Positions 12,213 through 26,190 of a stretch of 64,000 nucleotides of DNA are shown here, piece after piece; within the stretch, counting starts at the first letter, position 1, and every line of letters starts with the position of its first letter. This stretch comes from Eledone cirrhosa (taxonomy: Eukaryota). A program made the position numbers and the translations under genes. The notes under the pieces are model-generated. The model was not told the DNA's origin. It did not search any database and was given only the letters and a program-made list of their open reading frames with translations. The stretch covers positions 868,001-932,000 of the forward strand of contig OZ024761.1 of NCBI GenBank assembly GCA_964016885.1, in the 5' to 3' direction.

Positions 12213-13387
12213 TTTCGTTTCTGAATTTGTTTAGCAAGATTCTTTATCTGAAATCGTGTGTTGAAACCGATATTGTTATACTTTGGGAGGGTCATGTTGC
12301 CAATAAGAAACACACGCACCAGTTGCTTTCACTTCAATTTATTATATATTTATAAATTTACAAATCTACAAACTTATAAATTTCTGGTTGGTTGGTTGGT
12401 TCCACAACCAGATAGTTGTTTATATATAGTCATAGTCTTTTCGTCACATACTCTGTGACCTCTTCAGTGACTGGGGATTCCTTTGTTTGTTTCTGTGCCT
12501 TTCCTTTCTTCTATCCTACGCCATTTTGTTTCTGTGTGTGTGTTGTGTGCTCAGGTTGCGCATGCGCCACATCCGGGTGTCTGTGTGTGTTTGTGTTCAT
12601 TTATCTATTTGTTTATTTATTTATTTATTTATTGTTGGTTGGTTGTTTATTCTATGTGTGTGTGTGTTTTCATTTTGTCCTTAATTGTAAGTTGTTTGTT
12701 CTATGTGTGTGTTTCTATCATTTTGTCCTGTGTGTGTTTTCATTTTGTCCTTAATTGTACGTTGTGATGTTGCTGTTCCACTCATATTTTCTATTTAATT
12801 TTGGTTGTAATTCTTTTATGCTTACTGCCTCTGTAATTTGCCTAAACATTGCATCTTTCCTGTGTGTGGATTCTATTTTTATTTCTATGTTCTCTAATCT
12901 ACCCCTGTGTTCTATCTTAGCATGTTGGTAGAGCACAGATGATTCTTTATTATCTTGAAGGTCTCGCCAGTGTTCATTTATTCGTTCCCCTATACTACGA
13001 GCTGTCTCACCTATGTACACTATATTTTTGTTTCTACATTGTCCTTCAGTACATCTTATGCTATACACTACATTTCTAGTTTTACAGTTAATATGGGGGC
13101 TTATTTTACAGGTTATACATTTCTTATCTATACATGAGGGTCTTTGGAACGGGTATGTCTTGCTAATAAGTGTTTTTACGGAGGTACCTGGTCTTTCTAC
13201 TATCTTAATATTGAGTTTATGTTTATTTAGGGCCCTTCTAAATTTGTAGGCTAGTTCGCCTCTAGGGGTTGTATTGATGAACATTACACTCTGGTATTTA
13301 TTGCTATCATACCATGAGTTTATTCTATTGGCCTTGTTCTTAGTTCTTTCTATTCTAGAATAGAAAGAACTAAGAACAAGGCCAATA
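12213..13387 (-). mobile_element. PLE 3' fragment, second family: GIY-YIG endonuclease + pseudo-LTR
   Basis: ORF 12751..13284 has CIDKKCITC and NVVYSIRC...VYIGETARSIGERINEH...QITEAVSIKELQPKLN. A hammerhead lies downstream and a perfect palindrome marks the 5' end. Confidence 0.88.
12428..12472 (-). ncRNA. Minimal type I hammerhead ribozyme motif
   Basis: Minus strand: AGTCA-CTGAAGA-G-GTCACA-GAGTA-TGTGAC-GAAA-AGAC-TA-TGACT. Confidence 0.7.
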
Positions 13388-13489
13388 TTTACATTACTCT
13401 ATATATACTATTGTATTTTCAGAGTACAGATTTTATCTTACATAATTATCTCAATTAATATTGAAGCTGTAAGATTTTGATGTTATTTA

Positions 13490-13728
13490 AGATCTGGGTC
13501 CAAATCCCGCCGAGGTTAACTTTGCCTTTCATCCTTACGGGGTCGATAAAATAAAGCACCAGTCAGGCACTGGGGTCGATTTAATCAACTTTCCCCTCCC
13601 CCAAAATTGCTGGGCTTGTGCCTATCTAAGAAACCATTATTATTTAAACCTTTTACGGGGTCGATAAAATAAAGTACCAGTAATGCACTGGGTAATTTCT
13701 GGCCTTGTGCCAAACATAGAAACAATTA
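13490..13728 (+). mobile_element. SINE family 2, partial tandem copies
   Basis: CAAATCCCGCCGAGG...GCCTTTCATCCTTACGGGGTCGATAAAATAAAG matches 15711-15900. Confidence 0.8.
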
Positions 13729-13734
13729 CCCTAA

Positions 13735-13954
13735 CCCTTTAACATTTAAATTACTCTATATATACTATTGCATTTTCACAGTAAAGGTTTTATCTTACAT
13801 AATTATCTCACATATTATTGAAGCTGTGAGATTTTGATGTTATTTATTTTGATATCTATACCTTAACATAAGTATGAGCGGCTGGTTACAGCCAGTTTGA
13901 ACAGAAAGAGTTAAAAGAGTTCTGGTCGGATACAGCTGGTTTAAATGCTAAGGG
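13735..13954. mobile_element. piggyBac-type MITE
   Basis: Termini CCCTTTAACATTTAAA / TTTAAATGCTAAGGG, homologous to 24690-24910. A partial copy lies at about 13388-13490. Confidence 0.75.
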
Positions 13955-14169
13955 TTAGAAAAAATAAAGAAATCACCAATTCCCGCCAAGGTCAGTTTAG
14001 CCTTTCATCCTTACGGGGGTCCAGAAAATAAAGTACCAGTAATGCACTTGGTTGATTTAATTGACTTTCCTCTCTCCCCTTAAAATTGCTGGCCTTGTAC
14101 CTCAACCAGAAACCATTATTAATGCTCTGTGACTTTACACTCATACAATATATTGGATTAATATACTCT

Positions 14170-14620
14170 GAAGGCACATGGCTTAGTGGTTAGAGCATTG
14201 GGCTTGCAATCGAAAGGTTGTGAGCTCAATTCTCAGACCGGGTAATGTGTTGTTTCCTTGAGCAAGACATTTAATTTCAAATTGCTCCAGTTTACTCAGC
14301 TGTAGAAATGAGATGATAGGACTGGCGTCCCTATCATTCCACTGCAAAGTGGTCCTGTAGGCGCCACAGCAAAAAATCACCCAGCCCACACTGTAAAGTG
14401 GACGTGTAGGCGCCACTGAAAAAAAGGCACCCAACACTCAATGTAAATGAGGTTGTTGTTAGGAAGGGCATCCACCTGTAGAAATGAAGCCAGAATCAGT
14501 TCCCGTATGAGCAAGACAAGGTAAGCTGACAGGACACTGCCCACAAAAGGACAACCCGTCTAACCCATGCTAGCGTAACGGACGTAAAACAGTGATGGTG
14601 TTGATGATGATGATGATGAT
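14170..14620 (+). mobile_element. SINE family 1 variant with extra 48-bp internal unit and longer RTE-type tail
   Basis: Same head as 4198, two CACTGYAAAGTGG...AAAAAA units, and a tail CCCGTCTAACCCATGCTAGCGT resembling the main RTE 3' end. Confidence 0.85.
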
Positions 14621-15166
14621 ACTCTATATTAAATCTTGGATGAATCAGATCATTCTATTTGCTGATTGTAGAAACATACTGAGCTTGACATTGTTTTGGC
14701 ATGTATCTTTACCAATTTTCATCATTACTCTTATTTTATACACACACAAATCTATATCTATATATAAATTTGAGCAACTTCCATCCGTCTGTTCGTCACA
14801 CAATGTGTGTGTGTGTGTGTGTTTGTGTGCGTTTGTGTGAAAGGCTCAGAGTCTCTAAGTTGTAGGATTGACTATGAGAGAATCGGTTTTTACCCATGGA
14901 CAGTTATATGTAGGTTGTTCGCTATTGGGAACACATAGAAATCTTCATATACTGTGCACAAATGGTAAAGCGAAGAATCTGGTGTATATGGAAGATTTTT
15001 GACTGTTTTCTTCTTTCTTTTTGTCACACACACACACCATGGGCTTGCCTCATACTGTAAACCAGACAACACATCCAATACAGTCATTTTCTCTTCTACC
15101 TGTCTACTCTTATCATGTTTACACAGGCAAAGTTGGGTACCTCAGTTAGTATATATATATAATTAA

Positions 15167-15445
15167 CCATTTAGCATTTACATTACTCTATATATATATA
15201 TACTATTGTATTTTTGTGGTACAGGCTTTACCTCACATAATCATCTTACATAACATTTACATTACTGTATATATACTATTGTATTTTTGTGGTAATCATC
15301 TTACATAATATTGAATCGACGAGATTTTGATAATTTATTTTGAGAACCATACCTTAACATAAACATGAACGGCCGGTTACAACCGGTTTGAACAAAAGAG
15401 GTGGGGGAATTCTAACCGGATACAGCCGGTTTATATGGTAAAGGG
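15167..15445. mobile_element. piggyBac-type MITE
   Basis: TTAA on both sides, CCATTTAGCATTTA...TAAAGGG termini, homologous to 24690-24910. Confidence 0.75.
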
Positions 15446-15710
15446 TTAAGGATGATTTTCCAAAGGGTATCAAGCAAGAAGGGGTGGGGGTGTAACATCA
15501 GGTAAATAAAGCACTCAATAAGTTAGTAGAGAAGATATATATTCATTTTATATAGAAATGACTTCTACAATACTAGAACTATTTCATTCATATGAAATCA
15601 TCAGAATGTCCTTATAATATCTCATTAATAGTATTATTTTTATTGCTAATAAAAGTCATTATCAAAACACGGTATCATTGTTATTATTATCATTATCATA
15701 TACAATAATA

Positions 15711-15900
15711 AGGGCGGTGGATTGGCAGTATCGGTAGAGGGTCGGACGCCATGCTTTCCAGCATAGTTACGTCCCTTTACGATCTGAGTTCAAATCCCGC
15801 CGAGGTTGACTTTGCCTTTCATCCTTACGGGGTCGATAAAATAAAGTACCAGTAATGCACTGGGTAATTGCTGGCCTTGTGCCTAAAGTAGAAACAATTA
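15711..15900 (+). mobile_element. SINE family 2 (tRNA-like head)
   Basis: GGCGGTGGATTGGCAGTATCGG (A-box-like), GAGTTCAAATCC (B-box), conserved core GCCTTTCATCCTTACGGGGTCGATAAAAT, and an ATT-type tail. Confidence 0.85.
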
Positions 15901-16161
15901 TCATATACAATAATGACCATGATGACTATAACCTACTAAATAGACTAAATAGACATGAAAAACCAATAAGACAGATTTAAAGTAATCTGAAGAAGGTTAA
16001 TGCCTCATCATTTGATAAGCTTCTTAGCTGGAATTAACAAACCTTCCTCCAATAAAGCAACAGTGTAAACACACATACTGATCTTTACTCAAGCAAATGA
16101 AAGAAGATATGTTAGTGTACATCTGTGTACACGTATGTACATGTGTGTGTGCATATGTATA

Positions 16162-16192
<31 letters not shown>

Positions 16193-16240
16193 GTGTGTGT
16201 ATGTGTATATAAATATGTGTGTGTATATATAAATATATGG

Positions 16241-16285
<45 letters not shown>

Positions 16286-16760
16286 TATAGAGAAAAATAC
16301 TGCAGGTAGCACATGGATAACATGTAATAAAATAAGTCCCTCATCAGTGATTTGCTGAAGATCATAGATATTTCATTGCATTAAAAATCATATATCTCAC
16401 TTCGGTGCAATAATAACCAAAATAAGTTATTAGGACAATTAAAACGCGTAAAGCGAGTGAGACAGGAGAACAACAGAAAATATAGCATACCGTAGGGGAG
16501 AAACAAGCTTCAAAAATTATTCTGTTTAGCATAAGCTAGGTGAATATATGAGCGCTTAGAGAATAGAACCTACACGAACGAGGGCTATGAGCAGAGAGAG
16601 AAAAAAATAGCGTTCGTGAGTGCAGGATGAAATGAAGAGAACACACATATACATATAGTAATAATAATAAATTTGAACCCTAGATTGATTTTTTTAGTTT
16701 CAGAAGATCCCGTTAAGGGTGAAAGCAGCGATTCTTTGCTTAAACTTTAATGATATTTTA

Positions 16761-16794
<34 letters not shown>

Positions 16795-16795
<1 letters not shown>

Positions 16796-16891
16796 CAGGG
16801 TGTCTCCAAAAAATGTATACACATTTTGATTACCTGTCCAGACAATCAATATTTATTAGAATAATGTATATATTTTTTGGGGGGACACCCG

Positions 16892-16893
<2 letters not shown>
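16795..16893. mobile_element. Tc1/mariner-type mini MITE
   Basis: TA-CAGGGTGTC...GACACCCGG termini. Related copies at about 18775-18856, 21069-21305, 21663-21768 and 47988-48060. Confidence 0.7.
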
Positions 16894-16948
<55 letters not shown>

Positions 16949-16955
16949 GGTGTGT

Positions 16956-17057
<102 letters not shown>

Positions 17058-17136
17058 ATATACATTTATATGTGCGTGTGTGTGTGTGTGTGTGTGCGCA
17101 TATATATATGTGTGTGTGTGTGAGCATATATATATA

Positions 17137-18386
17137 TGTGTCTAAGACTAAAGTTCTAGTTTGTAGGAAGGAAAATAGGGCACCGGTCCCATCCGGGAAA
17201 TGGCCATGCTCAGTGTGTAGGAAAGGAGTAGGCAGAAACTTCATTTTATGTCCCAAATGCAAAATATGGGTGCATAAAAGATGTAGTGGGATCACAGGTA
17301 AGCTAACTAAGAACATAGATTTTATATGTGGCCAGTGCTCTGGTGCAATAAGTAGCAGCAAGTGCCCACCGAATACTAGCTCATTCCATTGCACAGATGG
17401 TTCTGTAGAAATAGTGGACACCTTCCATTACTTGGGTGACAAAATCAGTAGTGGAGGAGGGTGCTATGAAAGTACAGTAGCTAGAGTCAAAACTGGATGG
17501 AAAAAGTTCAGAGAGCTTATACCACTATTAGCCGCTAAAGGGTTCTCCCTAAAAATGAAAGGCAGGCTGTATGATGCCTGCATACGAACAGCAATGTTAC
17601 ATGGCAGTGAGACCTGGGCATTGTGTGCAGAGGATATACACAGACTGGAGAGGAACGAAGCTTGCATGCTCCGCTGGATGTGTAATAGTAATATACGTGA
17701 ACGGCAAAGCATAAACGAACTAAGGGAAAAATTAGAAATAAGAGGGATCAGATGTTGTTTACTCGAGAGAAGACTACGTTGGTATAGTCACGTGATGCGC
17801 ATGAAAGACGACAGCTGTATAAAAAAGTGCAGGGCAATAAAAATAGACGGTAGCCACGGAGTAGACAGACCCAGAAAAACCTGGGACGACTTGATAAATT
17901 CCGACCTCACACACTTACACCTCTCCAAGACAATGTTACTGGACCGAGATCTTTGGCGCTACACAGTAATAGAGAAGACCCGCCTTACCTAAGTGCAAAG
18001 TGAAACCTACTACAGTCAGTAGGCACCTCTAACAAAATACACCCCCGCCTCACTACCCCCACCCCATCCACACCACCCCTTTCAATGTAAAGTTATGTTG
18101 GTACCACAACATCCAGTCCGAAACAAATGAGGTTGTGTAGGTGTCACGACAAAAAAACACACAGTCCACGCTGTAATGTGGCCGTGTAGGTAACACGGTA
18201 AAAACCTCCCAGTTCCACACTGTAAATGTGGTTGGTGTTAGGAAGGGCATCCAGCCGTAGAAAACCAGCCAGACAGTCCTATGCGAGCAAGACAACCACT
18301 CTTGCCTCAAGTGGGAAAACTCCCGTCCAAACCCATTCAAGCGTGGAAGATGGACGTTAAACGATGATGATGATGATGATGATGAT
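17137..18386 (+). mobile_element. RTE LINE, 5'-truncated (PHD-like finger, RT C-terminus, 3' UTR)
   Basis: SKTKVLVCRKENRAPVPSGKWPCSVC...EKTRLT* followed by 3' UTR and (ATG)n. Confidence 0.95.
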
Positions 18387-18928
18387 GTGTGTGTGTATGC
18401 ATGTATATAAGTGTGTGTGTAAATGTATTTGATGTTCAGAGAGTGGAATTGGTGCTGTGCCAATAAGACAGATTTAAAGTAATCAGAAGAAGGTTAATGC
18501 CTCATCATTTGATAATCTTAGCTGGAATTAACAATCCTTCCTCCAATAAAGCAACAGTGTAAACACACTTACTGATCTTTACTCAAGCAAAGGAAAGAAG
18601 ATATGTTAGTGTACATGTGTGTACACGTGTGTACATGTGTGTGTGTGTGTGTGTGTGTATAAATATATGTGTGTGTATATATATATATATATATGTGTGT
18701 GCAAATATATGCGTGTGTGCAAATATATGTGTGTGTATATATATATATATACACACACATATATATAGTAATAATAAAAATGTATACACATTTTGATTAC
18801 CTGTCCAGACAATATTTATTAGAATAATGTATATTTTTTGGGAGGGGACACCCGGAATATATATATATATATATACACATATATATATATATATATATAT
18901 ATGGAAGATGGACATTAAACAAAGATGA

Positions 18929-19549
<621 letters not shown>

Positions 19550-19799
19550 TGTGCATATACATTTATATGTGTGTGTGTGTGTGTGTGTGCGCGCATATAT
19601 GTGTGTGTGCGCGCGCATATGTATATGTGTGTGTGTGTGTGTGTGTGTGAGAATATAGAGATATATGTGTGTGTGTATGCGTGTATATAAGTGTGTGTGT
19701 GTAAATGTATTTGATGTTCAGAGAGAGGAATTGGTGCTGTGCAAAGCCTTTCCTCAATAAAAAAAGCTTCAAACACAGGCATGTTGCTCAGGGTTTACC

Positions 19800-19960
19800 C
19801 TTTGGGGTCTCCTGCCGTAAAATCTGTCCAGCGATTCTTTCCTGAGCATTCTAACCCCACGACCATAATATTGGAGCTGTGATCTCTCAATCTGGAGAAG
19901 TAGCAGCTCCACCTGGAGCACTTTATCGAGTAACGTTACTCCAAAGACCTTTCTTTACAC
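19800..19960 (-). mobile_element. Degenerate RTE-like fragment (same family as 29960-30600)
   Basis: AAAATCTGTCCAGCGATTCTTTCCTGAG...ATATTGGAGCTGTGATCT matches 30530-30600. Confidence 0.55.
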
Positions 19961-20008
19961 ATGTTAGTCATAAATTTATCCTTTAACTAACTCTGTAAGG
20001 ATCTATGG

Positions 20009-20335
20009 CAGAGGTTCTCAAAATGGATGCTACCACGTCGAGAAGGCTCAATGGGGGCGCTGCAGCCTCAGGGGGCAGCAGAGATGATAAAAAAGTATAT
20101 TAATTATCAAGCGATACATGTAATATATAAATATAGTAAAATTAAAAAAAATATATATTTATTTATACAAAGTATATATAATATTATTTATTCTATATAA
20201 ATTAACGATTTTATTTATTGTATATTATTTACAATTTGCGTGTAGGCAGATCTCTCTGGAAATAGAATTGGGGCTGCTGAGGGTATTACATGGCCTTGAC
20301 AGGGGGCTGTGACCCAAAAAGTTACAGAACCTCTG
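20009..20335. mobile_element. hAT-type MITE
   Basis: TIRs CAGAGGTTCT / AGAACCTCTG with a near-identical 8-bp TSD (ATCTATGG / CTCTATGG). Confidence 0.8.
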
Positions 20336-20524
20336 CTCTATGGCATCACCAAACAATTGTAAAGCATTAAACTAGTCTAGAATTTGATTCCATCCCTTTC
20401 TTTGTGTTTATATATTTACAGATTATCCAAGCGAAAGAGAAAGGAGTTTCTAAGTTATTATTTATATCAGCCAACTATTTTTAGAGTTATTTTCAGCATA
20501 TGGAAGATTCCTACATTCTCAATA

Positions 20525-21002
20525 AACATACATATACACACATATACACATAGATATACATATACATATATACATATATATACACACATATATATGTACA
20601 TATACACACATATATATGTACATATACACACATATATATGTACATATACACACACATATATACACATATACACACATATATATACACATATACACACATA
20701 TATACATATACACACATCTATACACACATATATGTACATATACACACACATATATATACATATACACACATATATACACATATACACACATATATACATA
20801 TACACACATATATACATATACACACATATATGTACATATACACACACATATATATACATATATACACATATACACACATATATACATATACACACATATC
20901 TACATATATATACATACACATATGCATACATACACACGTACATAGATATATACATACACATATGCATACATACACACACACACACAGATATATACATACA
21001 CA

Positions 21003-21068
<66 letters not shown>
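20525..21068. repeat. (CA/TA) compound microsatellite
   Basis: Direct reading of the sequence. Confidence 0.95.
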
Positions 21069-21071
<3 letters not shown>

Positions 21072-21198
21072 AGGTGTCCCAAAATATGTATATACACTTT
21101 GATTACCTGTACAGGCAATATTTATTAGAATATTAGAATGCTCCTGAAGTGCGTATATATTTTTGGGGGGAGGGGGACACCCTATGTGTATATGTGTA

Positions 21199-21240
<42 letters not shown>

Positions 21241-21301
21241 TAGGGTGTCCCCCTCCCCCCAAAAAATATATATATATATTTTTGGGGGGAGGGGGACACC
21301 C

Positions 21302-21341
<40 letters not shown>

Positions 21342-21615
21342 AGATACACACATATTTAGATTACTGCAGCAAGAGAGAGAAGACATACTGTATGAACAAA
21401 TGCCACTAATATCATATACCATTCTTATTTTAAATACAAAAGTCTCAAGGCTTATAGATCTAGGAATGCTATTATTGATTCAAACCAAGCAAGGATTTTT
21501 TCATATTCCCTTATTAGTTCTTTGATATATATAAAAAGAAAGGATCAAACATGAACACGGTGGGGTTTTTGACATAAAGAAAAGCTGTTCCCTTCTTATA
21601 CAGATACTTTGTATG

Positions 21616-21655
<40 letters not shown>

Positions 21656-21771
21656 CATACATACAGAGTGTCCCCCCAAAAAATGTAAACACACTTCAAC
21701 AGCATTCTAATAAATATTGCCAGTACAAGTAATCAAAGTGTGTATACATTTTTGGGGACTACCTTGTGTAC

Positions 21772-21806
<35 letters not shown>

Positions 21807-21915
21807 ATATGTATGTATGTATCAAATGAAGCAACGGAGTTAAAGACTCGCGTTTATCCCTGTAATTTAATGAGCTCAAGGGAAAACATTTTCCAGGCTC
21901 TTCAAATACATATTG

Positions 21916-21975
<60 letters not shown>

Positions 21976-22989
21976 CACACACACTCACTATATCTCAAAT
22001 ATATTTGTGTATATATGTATATATATATTATATATATATATATATATTTATACACACACACTCACTATATCTCAAATATATTTGTGTATATATGTATATA
22101 TATATTATATATATATATAGAGAGAGAGAGAGAGACATATTTGTACATTATTCATGTGCCTTACAGCTAGGGAGATATTAAATGACAGAAAGGGAAAGAA
22201 GCAAACACTCACACACACACATAAGACACCCAGACAGCTACACAATGACTAATACACACAAACACAGACACATAAAGATTGATAGACACACACACAAACG
22301 CAGACACACAGACTGATATCCAAACACAAATACAGACACACACACACAGATACAGACAGACACACACACACACACACAAAGACAAATACACACACCCCAC
22401 ACACAAATACACAGACAGACAGACACACACATAGAAAAACCGACAAACACACATACATAGAAAAACAGACAGACAGAAAGACAGCCGGAGAGACAGACAG
22501 ACAGACAGTTACAGCACCCAAACTGATGATTGACAATGAGGTTGTCTTCTTGTGTTCATTCTAAAATAAAAATAAAATTAAAAAAAAAAAAAAATCTAAA
22601 AGAAAAGCAAAGCAAAAGCAAAGCACCAAGCAAAACCCGAACCAATATTTCTATCAGACTGACAAGATGAGATCAATGGAAGAAGTAGAGTTAGTTATTA
22701 ACATTCTACCATTGTATTGAGACGAAGAAACAACAACTCCTCCCGATAGCGATAGATACTGACAGTGCTAGCAATTCCGATAGTTCAGTTTAGTTCAGCT
22801 CTGTTCTGTTCTGCTAGTAGGAACTGTTGACACAGAGGAATGAATTTATCTGAAAATATTGCTGTGCTACCTAGTGTTGTTATTGCGAGACAAGAGACAA
22901 CGGAGACGGGAGACAATAAGATGATATTCTTTGTTGTTTGGGGTGCCGTTTATATTTATATGTAGTTGTTGGGAGTGGGGGGTTGGGGG

Positions 22990-23650
22990 GTTGGCTGGAT
23001 GGTAGTTTGGTTGGTTGGATGGAAGGTTGGTTGGCTGACTGGCTAGTAGGTTGATCGGTCGGTTGGTTGGCTAGCTGGTTGGTTGATCGGTCGGTTGGTT
23101 GGCTAGCTGGTTGATTGGATGGATGGATGGATGGATGGATGGATGGATGGATGGATGGATGGATGGATGGATGGATGGATGGATGGATGGATGGATGGAT
23201 GGATGGTTGGTTGGTTGGTTGGTTGGTTGGCTGCTTGGTTGATCAGTTGGTTGGTTGGTTGGATGGTTGATAGCTTGGTTGGCTGGTTTGTTGGTTGGTT
23301 GGTTGGATAATTGGCAGGCTGGTTTATTGGTTGATCAGTTGGTTGGTTGGATGGTTGATAGCTTGGTTGGCTGGTTTGTTGGTTGGTTGGTTGGATAATT
23401 GGCAGGCTGGTTTATTGGTTGATCAGTTGGTTAGTTGGCTGGTTGAATGGTTGGTTGGTTGGTGCTTGGTTGATCGGTCGGTTGGTTGGTTTCATCATCA
23501 TTATCACATCAACACCACCATTATCACATCAATACCATTATCATCACAACACCAATACCATCATCATCATCATCACTATCACCATATTGTCGTCATCATC
23601 ACATCAACACCAACACCAACACCACCATCACCATATCACATCATCAAAAA
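22990..23650. repeat. (GGTT)n/(GGAT)n then (CAT/CAC)n simple repeats
   Basis: Direct reading of the sequence. Confidence 0.95.
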
Positions 23651-23667
23651 AATCTGTCTTAAGCCAG

Positions 23668-23925
23668 AAGGCTCGTTTGGCCAGTGCTTATCCTGGTTTC
23701 ATGGCGTGAAGTGACAGAGTGCAAGACATCCCCCTGGACAGGATGCCAGTCCATTGCAGTGTTAAACCCTTAGCATTGCTGGTACTCATTTACGGCTGAG
23801 TATACTAGAGCAACGTGAGATGAAGTATTTTGCTCAAGAACCCAACACACAACCCAGCCCAAGAGTCGAACTCACGGCATTATGATCGTAAGTCCAACAC
23901 CCTTACCACTAGGCCACTTGCTTCC
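23668..23925 (-). mobile_element. Third tRNA-headed SINE, diverged
   Basis: Minus strand GTGGCCTAGTGG (A-box) and GAGTTCGACTC (B-box), then TTCTTGAGCAAAATACTT resembling the family 1 body but with a different 3' part. Confidence 0.7.
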
Positions 23926-24299
23926 ACTATGACTGGTATGTTAATTTTTATTGACCTCTGAAATAGTTGCTAGAAATAGTTACCTGATATTTTCCCCTCA
24001 AATAGAACCCCAAAAGAAAGTAACAGTAAGGCAAATTTGACCCTGGCAAAATCTGATCTCAGAACTGCAGGGTCTAGAAACAAATACCACCACATGGATA
24101 GATTATTAATGGGCCCCTAGATCTAGTGCATTGAACCTGTCCTGTCCTCACCCACCACTCCAGGGTATGGGGTTAGACCCAGGTAAAGAAATGCACCGGT
24201 GCCCCTATAAACACAAACACCTGCCTCCAGACATAATCATCATACAACTACAAATATAGCCACTAATACTAAAACCACTATACTCTGCATTACAAATAC

Positions 24300-24640
24300 T
24301 GGTGGTTGATTCATTTTTTTAGATAGTCATGGCTGATTTTATTTTTCTAACAGTTACAGTTGACTTATTTTAGAAATAGTCACAGTTGATTCGATTTGTG
24401 AAAAAATGGTGATGGTTGATTTGACTTTTGGAAAAAGTCATGGTTGATTTGATTTTTGAAAAATAGTCATGGTTGATTTGATTTTTGAAAAATAGTCATG
24501 GTTGATTTGATTTTTAAAATGAGTCATGGTTGATTTATTTGAAAATCAATTTTTTAATGCATTATCATAGTTGATTGATTTAAAAAGAAAGGAGTCACGG
24601 TTGATTTGATTTTTAATAATAGGCATGATTGATATATTTA
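24300..24640. repeat. Degenerate 29-bp tandem repeat
   Basis: GTCATGGTTGATTTGATTTTTGAAAAATA recurs at 24437, 24466 and 24495, decaying on both sides. Confidence 0.85.
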
Positions 24641-24689
24641 AAAAAAAGAAAAATGGAAGTATAGGGTAAGGGTATGGGGAAAGATTTAA

Positions 24690-24910
24690 CCCTTTAGCAT
24701 TTACATTACTCAATATATGCTATTGTATTTTTGTGGCAAAGGCTTTATCTTACATAATTATCTCAGATAATATCAAATCTACGTGATTTTGATGTTATTT
24801 ATTTTGAGGACAATACCTTAACGTCAGTATCAGCAGCCAATTATAGCCAGTTTGAACAGAAAAAGGTAAGAGAATTCTGGCCAGATATGGCTTGTTTAAA
24901 TGCTAAAGGG
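24690..24910. mobile_element. piggyBac-type MITE
   Basis: TTAA TSDs at 24686-24689 and 24911-24914, TIR CCCTTTAGCATTT / AAATGCTAAAGGG. Confidence 0.88.
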
Positions 24911-24948
24911 TTAAAACACATACACATTTTTAAAAAAAACACTCTTAC

Positions 24949-25010
24949 CAAAGTAGGGTACCAAGAAATATTTGAAAAGGTATGCTTACCTGCAAAATAA
25001 AAATAAAAAA
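24949..25010 (-). promoter_or_regulatory. Candidate recursive splice site / 41-nt RS-exon
   Basis: Minus strand TTTTTTATTTTTATTTTGCAG|GTAAGC, with a second donor TTTG|GTAAGA 41 nt downstream. Confidence 0.4.
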
Positions 25011-25055
25011 TATGACATTAGATTTCTTAAAAAGAGTACCAAATATTTGAAATAA

Positions 25056-25648
25056 TAATTGTTTCTACTTTTGGCACAATTACCCCAGTGCATTACTGGT
25101 GCTTTATTTTATCGACCCCCATAAGGATGAAGGGCAAAGTTAACCTCGACAGGATTTAAACTCAGAATGTAAGGGCCCATAACTCTATGCTGCAAAGCAT
25201 GGTGTCTGACGCTCTACCGATACTGACAATCCATAATGGTTTCTGATTTAAACACAAGGCCAACAATTTTGGCCCCATTTGCTCATAATAGTGAGAGATG
25301 GGGAGAGACGGAGGCAATGACAGTGGGAGTTTGGTTCCTTTGTGTTTGGACCTGGTGTATATATGTATATGTTTTGTTATCTATGTATATTTACCAATGT
25401 ATCTATCTTTGGACAACAACAACAACAACAAGACGGATGGATGCTATGAACCCTTAGTTAGTTCAAATCCCGCCAAGTTAACTTGGACGTCATGCTTTGA
25501 CGCATAGAGTTACGGCCCTTTCCATTCTGATTTCAAATCCCGCCGAAGTCAACTTTGCCTTTCATCCTTACGGGGTCGATAAAATAAAGTACCAGGAATG
25601 TACTGGGTTATTGCTGGCCTTGTGCCAAAAGTAGAAACAATTATTATT
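25056..25648. mobile_element. SINE family 2 copies (minus 25056-25233; plus about 25459-25648)
   Basis: Both match 15711-15900. Confidence 0.8.
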
Positions 25649-26190
25649 AGTATTATGACAAATTATATATAAATAAATAAATAGTTAAGGAAAAAACAAC
25701 AAAGGAAACTACTTTAAAGCAGATATTAACATTTAGCTATAATTAATATAATGACAAATGCAATAATAAGCAACTAACTGACTTCATTGACTGGCTTAAT
25801 CTGGCATAAAAGGTAATGGCAGGGGTGTGTGTATGTGTATGCAAACAAATGCACGCACACACACATTATTATTTTTTTTCCAGTGTGCTCTACCCTTGAT
25901 AGTAGGGTCTGTACCGTAGATAGAACTGAATGTAATCTGATGGCGAGTAATCCAGTGAAATAAATAGAAAAGTTCTGTGTTCTGCTGAGTTAATTCCTTA
26001 GATACAGAGTCAGATATTAGGTATTAAATTAACAATGAAAATAATAACATGATTAACGTTATTATATTCATTGTTAATTTAATACCTTATATATAACGAA
26101 GGAAGTGTGGTAAGGAGCTAGTGGACCGTTCGGATCAAGCTCTCGATAAAGGCCGGAGCTCAGCCATCGGCGTCCTGACTCTTTTGCTAG

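Noticed and set aside
22530-22960. Possible host exon or promoter in unique sequence
   Set aside because: An acceptor-like tract exists on the minus strand, but there is no convincing donor or recognisable reading frame.
25930-25980. Hammerhead-like CTGATGG...GAAA
   Set aside because: Core A9 is missing and the stems do not pair convincingly; at best a decayed relic.
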